A DNA stretch of 64,000 bases from Chloracidobacterium sp. (lineage in GTDB: Bacteria; Acidobacteriota; Blastocatellia; Pyrinomonadales; Pyrinomonadaceae), in NCBI GenBank assembly GCA_031430895.1, contig JANPCJ010000349.1:95-64094 (forward strand). The letters are read 5' to 3'. A program made the translations under genes and the position numbers. The notes below the pieces were generated by a model that saw only the letters and a list, made by a program, of their open reading frames with translations, had not been told where the DNA came from and ran no database searches. Position 1 is the stretch's first letter. The number at the start of each line of letters is the position of its first letter. This document shows, one piece after another, positions 7,936-17,223 of this stretch.

Positions 7936-8907
7936 ATGTCGAACAAAACTATAACTAAAAATTTGGCTTTTGTCATATTGTCGGTGTGTGTCGGCTTTTC
8001 GGTTGTGTCGTGCGGCCTCGCAGCTTCCGGCGACCGGCGGCGCCCGGATTTTGACGAGCGGACATCGCAATATGAACAGCCCAGGGTCGTCGGAGAAATA
8101 AAGTCCGTGGAGATAACCGAAAGCAGCGGCCTTGCCGCTTCGCCTTGCCAACAGAATGTCTTTTGGACGCATAACGATTCGGGAGATGGCCCGTATATCT
8201 ATGCTATCGACTCGTCCGGCGCCAATCTCGGCACATGGAATGTCCAAAATGCCGAAAACACGGATTGGGAGGATTTAGCCGCTTTCAAAGACAGCAACGG
8301 CCAGTGTTTTCTGTTTATCGGTGAGATCGGCAATACCGAAAAGGCTGAGAGGATGGAGCACAAAATCTATCGGGTGAGGGAACCGGTAGTAACTCAGCAG
8401 AACTCAAATTCTAGTCGAAACGATACGGCCCCGACCGAACTGGCCGATGTTATGATCTTTAGATATCCGGACGCGAGTCATGACGCCGAATCGTTGCTGG
8501 TACATCCGCGAACCGGTGAGATTTACATTCTGACAAAGCATCGGAACAAACCATCGTCGATATATAAAATTCAGCCCGACTTTGGAACCGGCGGCGTGAC
8601 CACGGCGCAAAAAATAGCCGAGGTGTCGGTTCCGGCGATACCGAATGGTTTCCTGACAGGCGGATCGATCTCGCCCGACGGAATTCGGGTGGTTGTCTGC
8701 GACTACGCCGCAGCGTACGAGCTGATGCTTCCATCCGGGATTGAAAATTTTGATGAAATTTGGAAACAGAAGCCCGTCGCGATTGACCTTGGCCGCCGCA
8801 AACAGGGAGAAGCCATTTCCTACAGTGCGGATGGAACTTCGATATTTGCAACGAGCGAAAAACGGGGCTCGCCGTTGATTGAAGTGAAGCGGAGACAGGA
8901 GCCCTAA
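7936..8907 (+). CDS. Lipoprotein, beta-propeller-like, function unknown
   Basis: The signal plus lipobox is ILSVCVGFSVVSCG. Repeated beta-strand-rich segments follow (FWTHNDSGDGPYIYAIDSSG, LVHPRTGEIYILTK, SISPDGIRVVVCDY). Confidence 0.6.
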   Translation: MSNKTITKNLAFVILSVCVGFSVVSCGLAASGDRRRPDFDERTSQYEQPRVVGEIKSVEITESSGLAASPCQQNVFWTHNDSGDGPYIYAIDSSGANLGTWNVQNAENTDWEDLAAFKDSNGQCFLFIGEIGNTEKAERMEHKIYRVREPVVTQQNSNSSRNDTAPTELADVMIFRYPDASHDAESLLVHPRTGEIYILTKHRNKPSSIYKIQPDFGTGGVTTAQKIAEVSVPAIPNGFLTGGSISPDGIRVVVCDYAAAYELMLPSGIENFDEIWKQKPVAIDLGRRKQGEAISYSADGTSIFATSEKRGSPLIEVKRRQEP

Positions 8908-9083
8908 GCGGGGAAAAGGCGATGGCGATTGATGCGGATCAACAATTTCATTACTAAGGCAAAGATTTTGCCGTAGATAAACGTGGTTGACGCAGACAAT
9001 AAAATTCCTGATCTGCCTGATCCGCGTTAATCTGCGACGAATACTTCGGCGTTCGGCCCGCCCGCCAAAGACGCCGGTTCTGA

Positions 9084-10718
9084 CTATTTTGCGATTGTAA
9101 ACTTGCCCTTATTCTCGATCAATTGTCCGCCAACACGGTCTTTGACTTGGACCTTGATCTCGTAATCGCCGACAGGCATCGCGGCGGTAGGCAGCAGGCG
9201 GGCGAGCGTTAGCCGTTGGCCCGAATCGCTCAAACCGCTCCAATCCTCTTTCTGCCGCAGAACTTCCTTGCCGCCGCGGGTCAGAATATAATCCACATCC
9301 ACGGCCGGGCGGAGCGTCGTTTGATCGATGCCGGCGTTATAAACCTGTAAATAAATACCGGCCTCTTGTCCCTGTCGGTAGGTTCCCGAAAGGTTCGGTA
9401 CCACTTTAGCGTTGCCGATCACAAACTGCTGACCGATATCCCGCTCATTGGTCGTGCGGAGCTTTGACGTGAGAACAAGCGAGGAAGTCGAAAGCTTCTT
9501 TTCGTCGTAACGGGGAACTACGAATCCCATGTTCACAATTCCCTTGTTACCGGTGCCAACATCGCGAACGACAACGTCAACTTTGTAAGTCCCGGGCGTC
9601 AGCGCCATCGCCTTTTGATATATCGATCTGCGGTCGCGGGCCTCAGCCAGCTCCGCCGTCGTCGCGTTCGTTGTAACGGAATCCTCAAAAATGCCCGAAC
9701 GTTTTCCCGAAACAGCCGTAATTCGCCCAAAGATATTCATCGTCGCCTGTTCAAGACCGCCGACCGGCGTGAACTGCAAATCTTTGTTATTCGTCTGGAC
9801 CGTAAACGCCGTTATTACGCGGTCGTCGGACTGGCGGAAAAAATCAATACGCAGATCGAAATTGAGCGGATTGTTATCGAGCACACCCGAATCGCTCCCC
9901 GCTAAACTCTGCAGATCACCGAACTTGACTGACGGCGGCCTGTATAAATTTGTCAAAACCTCGAGTCGCCGGAATGGCGAATCCTGTTCACGCTGATAAT
10001 AAGCCTGGCCATTGCCGCCGCCGTTAATTCGGTCGCCCTTGTCCGACGTGCCAAGCTGCTCCGCCGTAGTAAGACCGGAGCCGGGCACGAATTTTAATGC
10101 GTCTTTTTCATCGGCATTCCGTGCCAGGCGATATTCACCTGTCCCGGTCGGATCGACAAATTCGATTTCGAGGCCATCACCGACGCCGTCGAGGTGTCTG
10201 TAAAACCATACTTCGAAAGGATACGTAGTAGTCGAACCGCCGCCCTCATAGCTCGGACGGTCATATGAGCCGCCCGACGGGTGGGCCTCGACCGAATCGG
10301 GCTTGCCGTGTGCTATATAAACGCGGCCCCGGTCAGTTTTCCAGCCCGGAATGCCCGATGCATAATGCTCGTTGGCGTAGGCGATGCGCTCATAATATTC
10401 CTCGCGATACTCATTTTCCTCGGTGTCGGGATTTGGATCGCGGCGGCGCCAGAAATTCTCGATAAAGTTTTCACGCTCATCATCCGTTGCCAATGCCTTA
10501 AAAGCCTTCTTTTCCTGTTCGGTAATGATGTAGGCGACATCATTGTTCACCCATTTTTTGTAGACCTCTTTGGTTTCCGGGGTTACCTTACGCGTGTTCT
10601 CGCTCGGGTCCCGGCTCGGTTTATTCTTATCCGGCGGCTGTGCCCAAACACCGACTGCACCGACTGCGGAAATCATGATTGTCAGCAAAAAATATCTGGT
10701 AAATCTGACTTTTGACAT
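9084..10718 (-). CDS. GWxTD domain-containing secreted protein
   Basis: The signal peptide is MSKVRFTRYFLLTIMISAVGAVGVWAQ. The motif GIPGWKTDRGRVYIAHGKPD is the GWxTD signature. Confidence 0.75.
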   Translation of the reverse strand: MSKVRFTRYFLLTIMISAVGAVGVWAQPPDKNKPSRDPSENTRKVTPETKEVYKKWVNNDVAYIITEQEKKAFKALATDDERENFIENFWRRRDPNPDTEENEYREEYYERIAYANEHYASGIPGWKTDRGRVYIAHGKPDSVEAHPSGGSYDRPSYEGGGSTTTYPFEVWFYRHLDGVGDGLEIEFVDPTGTGEYRLARNADEKDALKFVPGSGLTTAEQLGTSDKGDRINGGGNGQAYYQREQDSPFRRLEVLTNLYRPPSVKFGDLQSLAGSDSGVLDNNPLNFDLRIDFFRQSDDRVITAFTVQTNNKDLQFTPVGGLEQATMNIFGRITAVSGKRSGIFEDSVTTNATTAELAEARDRRSIYQKAMALTPGTYKVDVVVRDVGTGNKGIVNMGFVVPRYDEKKLSTSSLVLTSKLRTTNERDIGQQFVIGNAKVVPNLSGTYRQGQEAGIYLQVYNAGIDQTTLRPAVDVDYILTRGGKEVLRQKEDWSGLSDSGQRLTLARLLPTAAMPVGDYEIKVQVKDRVGGQLIENKGKFTIAK

Positions 10719-10842
10719 AACGATAAAACTCCATCGCGGACATGTGTCGTCCGGTAAATTCTGTCTGGCGTATAACCCTAAAGATTTTAGACAGTTATCC
10801 TTACTAATTCAAGATGGCGCGCCGCGCCTTTTGGTTGCACGG

Positions 10843-11916
10843 TTACGACTCTTTTGCCTCGGCGTCGGTCTGCCGTTTCTTGCCAAAAAACCAGGCAATA
10901 AAGATAGATACAACATATAGCGCCATCATCGGCGTCGCAAACAACATCATGTTGACAACATCGGCGGTCGGCGACACAACGGCGGCAACAATTAGAATGA
11001 CAATTAGTGAGATCTTCCAGCTTCGAATAAGAAGTCCGGCCGAAACCAGTCCGATTCTCGCTAAAACATATGTGATGGCCGGCATCTGAAAGATAAGCCC
11101 CATCGCCAGCATGATGATCGTAATAAAATCGAGATAATCGGTGGCCCTCAGTTGAAGCTGAAATTCGCCTTCCCCGACGTTTAGCAAGAAGTTCATCGCG
11201 GGCGGAAACAGGATGTAATACGCAAATGCAGCGCCGATCACAAACGAAACGGTCGAAAGACCAATAAACGGAGTGACGTACGAGCGTTCGTGCTTGTAAA
11301 GAGCGGGTGAGATAAATCCCCATATCTGCCAAAGAAGGAGCGGCAGGGCGAGCGCTATCGCCGCGTAAAGCGAAACCGTCACAAGTAGCGTAAATTGCTC
11401 CGGAGCTGTGGTAACGGTCATTCGCTCGTCGGCATTCGGCTGGCTTTTTGCTATGTCGTCGATATACTCGAGCGGCAAACGCACCCCTCGCGGCACGATC
11501 GCATTATTTGTAAATATCGCTTCCGTCGTAAATAGGCCTATTTTTCCCTCAGCATCTCTCGCGACTTGTGCCAAAACCGATGTACCGGCAGGTAAAAGGG
11601 CCGCGCCTAGCGTCGTATCCCGGTTGATCGTGTAGCGGCCGATGTCGCCTTCCTTAATATCGCTGATCGGTAAGAGTTTTTCTTCCCCCGTAATTCCACT
11701 TATCGGCAGCTGCCGACGCTCGGCCTCTGATAAGGCTTTTCGAACCGGTATTGAAAGAAAATCATAAATAGGCTTTGCGAAATAGAAGCAGACTAAAAAG
11801 GATATGACGATGATTATTACGGACTTTACGAGCCGTTTGCGCAGTTCGTCCAGATGCTCGAGAAACGACATCTGAGCACCCGGCTCCGGTTCTTGACTTG
11901 TTTCCAGAGGGTCCAT
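10843..11916 (-). CDS. tatC: Twin-arginine translocase subunit TatC with a ~95-aa insertion in the first periplasmic loop
   Basis: MSFLEHLDELRKRLVKSVIIIVISFLVCFYFAKPIYDFL and WGFISPALYKHERSY align with E. coli TatC. The protein is 357 aa versus ~250 typical. Confidence 0.85.
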   Translation of the reverse strand: MDPLETSQEPEPGAQMSFLEHLDELRKRLVKSVIIIVISFLVCFYFAKPIYDFLSIPVRKALSEAERRQLPISGITGEEKLLPISDIKEGDIGRYTINRDTTLGAALLPAGTSVLAQVARDAEGKIGLFTTEAIFTNNAIVPRGVRLPLEYIDDIAKSQPNADERMTVTTAPEQFTLLVTVSLYAAIALALPLLLWQIWGFISPALYKHERSYVTPFIGLSTVSFVIGAAFAYYILFPPAMNFLLNVGEGEFQLQLRATDYLDFITIIMLAMGLIFQMPAITYVLARIGLVSAGLLIRSWKISLIVILIVAAVVSPTADVVNMMLFATPMMALYVVSIFIAWFFGKKRQTDAEAKES

Positions 11917-12318
11917 CTAAAGCCAGTTCTTTTTATCGTTTGTCTGCGAAGTTTGCGTGGGTACGGTTTTTTCATCCCCCGACGATGGCACAAGGTGTTT
12001 AAAGGCTTCGGGATCCGCCTGCGTGATTGCTGGTGCGTCTGGGATGGTTGTCGTTTCAGGCGATGCAACTAAATCGACGCGTTTAATGGGTTCGTCGTCT
12101 AAAGTACTAAGGCTTAGGGCTTTAGCCTCCTCTTCAAAATTAGCCTCACGCTGCCAGGTCTCCTTAAACTCACTTGCCGTACCGCGAAATTCCGCCATTA
12201 TTTTGCCGGCCTTTTTTGCGAGTTCGGGCAGCTTGCGCGGACCGAGAAAGATCAATGCCACAATTCCGACAAGGATCATTTCCGATGTTCCGATAGATTC
12301 GAAGATAAACAAAAACAC
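11917..12318 (-). CDS. Sec-independent translocase TatA/TatB family protein
   Basis: FESIGTSEMILVGIVALIFLGPRKLPELAKKAGKIMAEFR has the TatA/B TM plus amphipathic helix signature. It has a GTG start and abuts selD and tatC. Confidence 0.8.
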   Translation of the reverse strand: MFLFIFESIGTSEMILVGIVALIFLGPRKLPELAKKAGKIMAEFRGTASEFKETWQREANFEEEAKALSLSTLDDEPIKRVDLVASPETTTIPDAPAITQADPEAFKHLVPSSGDEKTVPTQTSQTNDKKNWL

Positions 12319-13338
12319 TTAACTAACCTCGATCAAATAATTACTAGGTGCCGAAACGCTGCCAATGACCGTCGAGCCTTCGACGGCGTGCAAAAATGCC
12401 GCGGCGTTTGATTCGGGCAGGCTGATCAACAAACCACCCGCCGTTTGTGGGTCGAATAGGGCACTTTGCGTCTCGCCGGAGACGCCTGCCTGTATTCTAA
12501 CGGTTTCGCCGACATAAACGCGATTGTTCTTATCGCCACGTGTTAACATGCCCTGCGAAATCAGCTCCAAAACGTCCGGTAACAGCTGAACCGCTTTAGA
12601 TTCAATATTTAGCGTCACACCGCTCGCTTTCGCCATTTCATAGGCGTGGCCCAGCAAACCAAAACCGGTAACGTCCGTACAGGCATTTGCACCAACAGTC
12701 TGCATAACTTTAGACGCAGCAGCCGCAGATGTTGTCATCGCCGCTATCGCCGCCGCCTCAGCCTCGCCGCTTGCCAAGCCGCGTTTGACCGCCGTATTGA
12801 TCGCGCCAGTCCCAATCGCTTTGGTTAGAATCAGAACATCGCCCGGTTTCGCCCCCGCGTTCGTAAATACCTTGTTTGGATGAATTACACCGGTTACGGC
12901 ATACCCGAATTTCATCTCCTTATCGTCAACCGAGTGTCCGCCGATCACGACCACGCCCTCATCATTCATAGCTTTTTGGCCGCCTGCGAGGATTTGGCCC
13001 AGCACATCCCAATCGCCCTTCTGCGGATAGCAAACGATGGAAAGCGCCGAAATCGGCGTACCGCCCATAGCGTAAACATCATTCAGTGAGTTTATCGCCG
13101 CCACGCGTCCGTAAGTTTCCGGGTCGTCAGCCACCGGCGTAAAGAAATCAAGTGTTTGGACCAGTGCAATGTCATCCGTGAGGCGAAAAACACCCGCATC
13201 GTCCGAAGTTTCAAACCCGACAATCACGTTCTCACTATTCTGTTTCGGAAGCTTGCTCAAAACTTGAGCTAGGTCGCCCGGTGCGAGTTTAGCCACTCAA
13301 CCAGCGCAGTCGACCATTTCCGTCAAACGCTTCTGCAT
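12319..13338 (-). CDS. selD: Selenide, water dikinase SelD with in-frame UGA (selenocysteine) at 13297-13299
   Basis: The ORF track starts at a GTG (13296). Reading upstream gives ATG(13338) MQKRLTEMVDCAG-TGA-VAKLAPGDL. This aligns with E. coli LTQYSHGAGCGCKISPKVL, so the TGA falls on catalytic Cys17 and Lys20 is conserved. The rest is a clear SelD (DFFTPV, NSLNDVYAMGG, DVTGFGLLGH). Confidence 0.8.
13252..13293 (-). promoter_or_regulatory. Candidate SECIS stem-loops downstream of the selD UGA
   Basis: On the mRNA, GCUAAACUCGCACCGGGCGACCUAGC has GCUA/UAGC and UCGC/GCGA stems with an ACCGG loop. CUAGCUCAAGUUUUGAGCAAG has a 9-bp stem with one mismatch. Folded by eye only. Confidence 0.4.
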
Positions 13339-13352
13339 TTACATAACTCCTT

Positions 13353-14216
13353 TTATTTGTTGATTATACATTGATAAATCCGGTCAAGATCATCCGTGCT
13401 GTAATACTCGATCTCTATTTTTCCACCGGCACCCTTTTTGCCCTGAAGTATCTTTACATTCGTATTTAGAGTTCTCATCAACTTCGTTTCAGCGGCTTTT
13501 ACGTTTGCATCGACACTCCGTATCGCATTTTTCGCCTTGGATTCCTCAGATGGATTAGAGGCGATACGCTTTACCGCTTTCTCGGTTTCACGCACCGACC
13601 AGCCGTGATCGACGGCCGAATTCGCGACGATTCGCTGCGTTTTCGGATCGTCAACCATCAACAATGCCCGCCCGTGACCGGCCGACAGCCCACCTTCCTC
13701 AATTACACGCTGTATCTCACCTGGCAAACGCAGTAACCGGAGAGACGTAGTTACAACCGAACGTTCTTTTCCAACCTGCTCGGCCACCATTTCCTGCGTA
13801 AGTCCAATAGTATCAATAAGTTTACGGTACGCCTTCGCTTCCTCAATAGGATTCAACTCTTGCCGCTGAATGTTCTCGACAAGCGCCAATTCGAGTAGCT
13901 TTTCGTCCGAGACTTCCTTTACAACTGCGGGTATCCTACGCAGCTCTGCACGCTGGGCCGCACGCCAACGCCGTTCTCCCGCCACGATCTGGTATCGACC
14001 GCCGAATTTTCGAACAACTATCGGCTGAACGACGCCATTCGCCCGGATCGACTGCGCCAATTCCTCAAGATTCACCTCCGCAAACCTTGTGCGCGGCTGC
14101 TCCGGGTTCGGCTCGATCAGGTCGATGTCGATCTCGAGACTCGAGGCCTCCGACGCTATCGGTTTTTCCTCGCCCAACAATGCGCTGAGGCCCCTTCCAA
14201 GGGTTTGTCTAGGCAT
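13353..14216 (-). CDS. parB: Chromosome partitioning protein ParB/Spo0J
   Basis: MPRQTLGRGLSALLG, EPNPEQPRTRF and IVAGERRWRAAQ are the ParB box motifs. Confidence 0.9.
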   Translation of the reverse strand: MPRQTLGRGLSALLGEEKPIASEASSLEIDIDLIEPNPEQPRTRFAEVNLEELAQSIRANGVVQPIVVRKFGGRYQIVAGERRWRAAQRAELRRIPAVVKEVSDEKLLELALVENIQRQELNPIEEAKAYRKLIDTIGLTQEMVAEQVGKERSVVTTSLRLLRLPGEIQRVIEEGGLSAGHGRALLMVDDPKTQRIVANSAVDHGWSVRETEKAVKRIASNPSEESKAKNAIRSVDANVKAAETKLMRTLNTNVKILQGKKGAGGKIEIEYYSTDDLDRIYQCIINK

Positions 14217-14970
14217 TGTTTAAAATCTCCTTTGCAAGCTGCATATAACTTTCAGCTCCCCTCGATCGCGGGTCATAGAGCATGATCGGTTTCCCGAAGC
14301 TCGGAGCCTCGGCCAAACGGACATTCCTCGGAATTACCGTCTTCAGAACCTGTGTGCCATAGAAATCACGCAGGTCTTTCGCCACTGCGGCGGACAAATT
14401 CGTCCTCTCGTCATACATCGTGAGCAAAAGCCCCTCGATCGCGAGTGACGGGTTTAGCTCCCGCCGAAGACGAGTGAGCGTATCGAAAAGCTCGGTCACG
14501 CCTTCGAGAGCATAATACTCACATTGAATTGGAACCAGCAACGAATCGGCGGCGGTGAGTCCGTTGAGCGTGAGAATGCCAAGCGACGGCGGGCAATCGA
14601 CAATTATATAGTGAAAATAGTCTTTTACGCCGTCCAATACCTTTTTTAGCGCGTGGCTCCGGTCTTCGACATCGACGAGTTCAACCTCGGCCCCCGCCAG
14701 GTTCTTGTCGGACGGCAGGACCCAAAGTGTGGGCAGCTCCGTCGGCAAAACCATTTCGCGAGGAGAATCGCCTGAAACAAGGGCATTGTAAAGCGTTTTT
14801 CGCGTGTTACTACGAGCTATACCGGCGCCAGATGTCGCATTTGCCTGCGGATCGGCATCGACAAGCAGTATTTTCTTGCCTTCCGACGCCAATGCGGCCG
14901 CGAGATTGACCGCCGTCGTGGTTTTCCCAACACCCCCTTTTTGATTCGCAACCGCGATTATTTTTCCCAT
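14209..14970 (-). CDS. parA: Chromosome partitioning ATPase ParA/Soj
   Basis: The deviant Walker A is IAVANQKGGVGKTTTAVNLA. The protein is 253 aa and overlaps parB. Confidence 0.9.
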   Translation of the reverse strand: MGKIIAVANQKGGVGKTTTAVNLAAALASEGKKILLVDADPQANATSGAGIARSNTRKTLYNALVSGDSPREMVLPTELPTLWVLPSDKNLAGAEVELVDVEDRSHALKKVLDGVKDYFHYIIVDCPPSLGILTLNGLTAADSLLVPIQCEYYALEGVTELFDTLTRLRRELNPSLAIEGLLLTMYDERTNLSAAVAKDLRDFYGTQVLKTVIPRNVRLAEAPSFGKPIMLYDPRSRGAESYMQLAKEILNNA

Positions 14971-15064
14971 CTTGCCAAGCCAGGTCGAACTTCTAAACTA
15001 GCACAATGGGTGTTGGTACTTCTAATCTCGTACGGCCTGGCCACGTGCTGCATGATTTTCGAAT

Positions 15065-15147
15065 CGGAATAGCTGATAACTGATAGCCTATAGCTGATAA
15101 TCTGCTCTTAGCTTTCCGCTTTACGCTATCAGTTATCAGCTATTCCG
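15065..15147. repeat. Word hairpin with a perfect 23-bp inverted repeat (agctgata words)
   Basis: cggaatagctgataactgatagc (15065-15087) and gctatcagttatcagctattccg (15125-15147) are exact reverse complements. The loop contains ctttccgctttacg, shared with 4686-4699. Confidence 0.9.
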
Positions 15148-15173
15148 AAAATCCGTCCAGGCGTCCCCAATTG

Positions 15174-15191
15174 ATGTGGCACGTGCCACAT
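15174..15191. promoter_or_regulatory. Perfect 18-bp palindrome, parS-like
   Basis: The sequence is atgtggcacgtgccacat. Its 16-bp core TGTGGCACGTGCCACA matches the parS consensus TGTTTCACGTGAAACA at 12/16 positions with the same CACGTG centre. It lies between mnmG and parA. Confidence 0.4.
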
Positions 15192-15193
15192 GT

Positions 15194-17083
15194 TTAATTT
15201 TGCACGGGTTGCAAAGAGGTCGCGCGTGTCAGATGGACCAAAACCGAAGAAACCGCGGCTGGTGTAAGGCCTGCAATTGTGCGGACCTGAGCAAAATTTC
15301 GCGGACGCGCGCGTTCGAGGCGCTCGACCATCTCGTTTGAAAGGCCACCTATCGTTCTAAACCGAAAATCGTCCGGTACTTTAAGGCCGTCGTGATGATT
15401 CACACGTTCTGTCGCAGCTTTTTGCTTATCGATATACCCGCTATAAAGCGAATCGGCCAACGCTGTCTCAAGATCGCTTACCCTGGTATCTTCTCGCGTC
15501 TCGGACGGTAATAGTCGATGGATCAGTTCAGCCTTGGCGCCCTGTCGCATGGCCAGTTGGGAGAGCGTGATCGAATCTCCAAGATCGGCCCCGACAATTT
15601 GCGAAATACTGGCGTATTCGACGGACGAACGCTTAAATCGAGTGAAATCGAGCGCATTTCGAACATTAGCGATCCGGTCCCGCTTTGTGCTGAATCGTTC
15701 CCAGTCGGAGTCGCCAACGAGACCGATCTCTCTTCCTTTAGGCGACAGCCGCTGATCCGCATTATCATGCCGCAATGTGAGACGCGCCTCGGCCCGCGAT
15801 GTAAACAACCGGTACGGCTCGTCCACACCGTGCCGGATCAGGTCGTCGGTCAGGACGCCGATATACGCTTCATCTCGTTGCAATATAAAGGGTTTGCGGT
15901 CCTGTGTAGAAAATGCCGCATTGATCCCCGCCATCAGTCCCTGACACGCGGCTTCCTCATATCCGGTGGTGCCATTGATCTGTCCCGCGAGGAAAAGGCC
16001 GTCCATCCGCGTCGATTCCATCGTCGGCCGCATTTCGCGCGGATCGACAAAATCATATTCAATCGCATATCCGGGTCGAATTATCTGCACCTTTTCAAAA
16101 CCATCGATCATCCGAAGCAGTTCGAGTTGAAGGTCTGAGGGCAACGACGTGGAAAACCCGTTTAAGTAAACTTCGTTGGTATTGTGGCCTTCGGGCTCGA
16201 GAAATAACTGATGTCGGTCTTTATCAGCAAATTTTACAACCTTATCCTCTATCGACGGGCAATAACGCGGGCCGACCCCCTTTATCTTTCCCGAGTAAAG
16301 TGGCGATTGATGAAGATTGTCGCGGATCGTCTGGTGCAGCCGGTCGCTTGTGTAGCCGATAAAGCACTGTATCTGATCCTGTTCTATCTTGTCAGTCGAG
16401 AAAGAAAACGCAACCGGCTTCTCATCCGGCGGCTGTGGCTCGAATGCGTCCCAATCGATTGTGCGGCCATCAAGCCTTGGCGGCGTTCCGGTCTTGAGGC
16501 GCCCCACCCGAAATCCATACCGCTTTAAACTCTCAGCGAGCTCGATAGATGCCGGTTCACCGGCCCGTCCGGCGGAGAAGGTTTTGCGGCCCGCATGAAT
16601 TGTTCCGTTAAGAAAAGTACCGGTCGCGATCACCACGGCTTTCGCTCCAAATCGCCGCGAATCCTGCATTTCAACACCTGTAACCGTATTGTTCTCAACA
16701 ATTAGATCAATAACCAACCCTTGGCGAAGATGCAAATTCGGTGTGGCCTCAAGCACCCGCCGCATCTCGGTCCGATACAGGCTTCGGTCAGCCTGTGCAC
16801 GCGGCGACTGGACCGCCGGGCCTCGTGAACGGTTCAAAAGCCGAAACTGAATTCCCGTCCGGTCGATCACCCGGCCCATGATCCCGCCGAGCGCATCGAT
16901 CTCGCGCACAACATGGCCCTTTGCAATCCCGCCAACCGCCGGGTTACACGACATCTGCCCGATCAGATCGAGATTTATCGTAACCAGCGCCGTCTCAGCC
17001 CCAAGGCGCGCCGAGGCCGAGGCCGCCTCACACCCCGCGTGGCCGGCACCTATCACAATTACATCAAAACTTTCGTCAAACAT
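15194..17083 (-). CDS. mnmG: tRNA uridine-5-carboxymethylaminomethyl modification enzyme MnmG (GidA)
   Basis: FDVIVIGAGHAGCEAA, the 629-aa length and overall GidA-like sequence. Confidence 0.9.
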   Translation of the reverse strand: MFDESFDVIVIGAGHAGCEAASASARLGAETALVTINLDLIGQMSCNPAVGGIAKGHVVREIDALGGIMGRVIDRTGIQFRLLNRSRGPAVQSPRAQADRSLYRTEMRRVLEATPNLHLRQGLVIDLIVENNTVTGVEMQDSRRFGAKAVVIATGTFLNGTIHAGRKTFSAGRAGEPASIELAESLKRYGFRVGRLKTGTPPRLDGRTIDWDAFEPQPPDEKPVAFSFSTDKIEQDQIQCFIGYTSDRLHQTIRDNLHQSPLYSGKIKGVGPRYCPSIEDKVVKFADKDRHQLFLEPEGHNTNEVYLNGFSTSLPSDLQLELLRMIDGFEKVQIIRPGYAIEYDFVDPREMRPTMESTRMDGLFLAGQINGTTGYEEAACQGLMAGINAAFSTQDRKPFILQRDEAYIGVLTDDLIRHGVDEPYRLFTSRAEARLTLRHDNADQRLSPKGREIGLVGDSDWERFSTKRDRIANVRNALDFTRFKRSSVEYASISQIVGADLGDSITLSQLAMRQGAKAELIHRLLPSETREDTRVSDLETALADSLYSGYIDKQKAATERVNHHDGLKVPDDFRFRTIGGLSNEMVERLERARPRNFAQVRTIAGLTPAAVSSVLVHLTRATSLQPVQN

Positions 17084-17223
17084 TTAATTATCGATTCCGA
17101 TCAGCGGGATAATGTTTCGTTTATTTCTACGGTAAACCCTAACATCTGCGGCCGGTAGACGTATGCTTGCGTTTTGATTCCCTGACGTCAGCTAAGGCTC
17201 GAACTCCAAACGCGTTTTTTTAT

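Noticed and set aside
14971-15193. Expected rsmG (gidB) between mnmG and parA.
   Set aside because: The 223-bp spacer has no ORF and holds only a word hairpin and the parS-like palindrome. rsmG must lie elsewhere. This is noted as a minor departure from the common gene order, not a feature.
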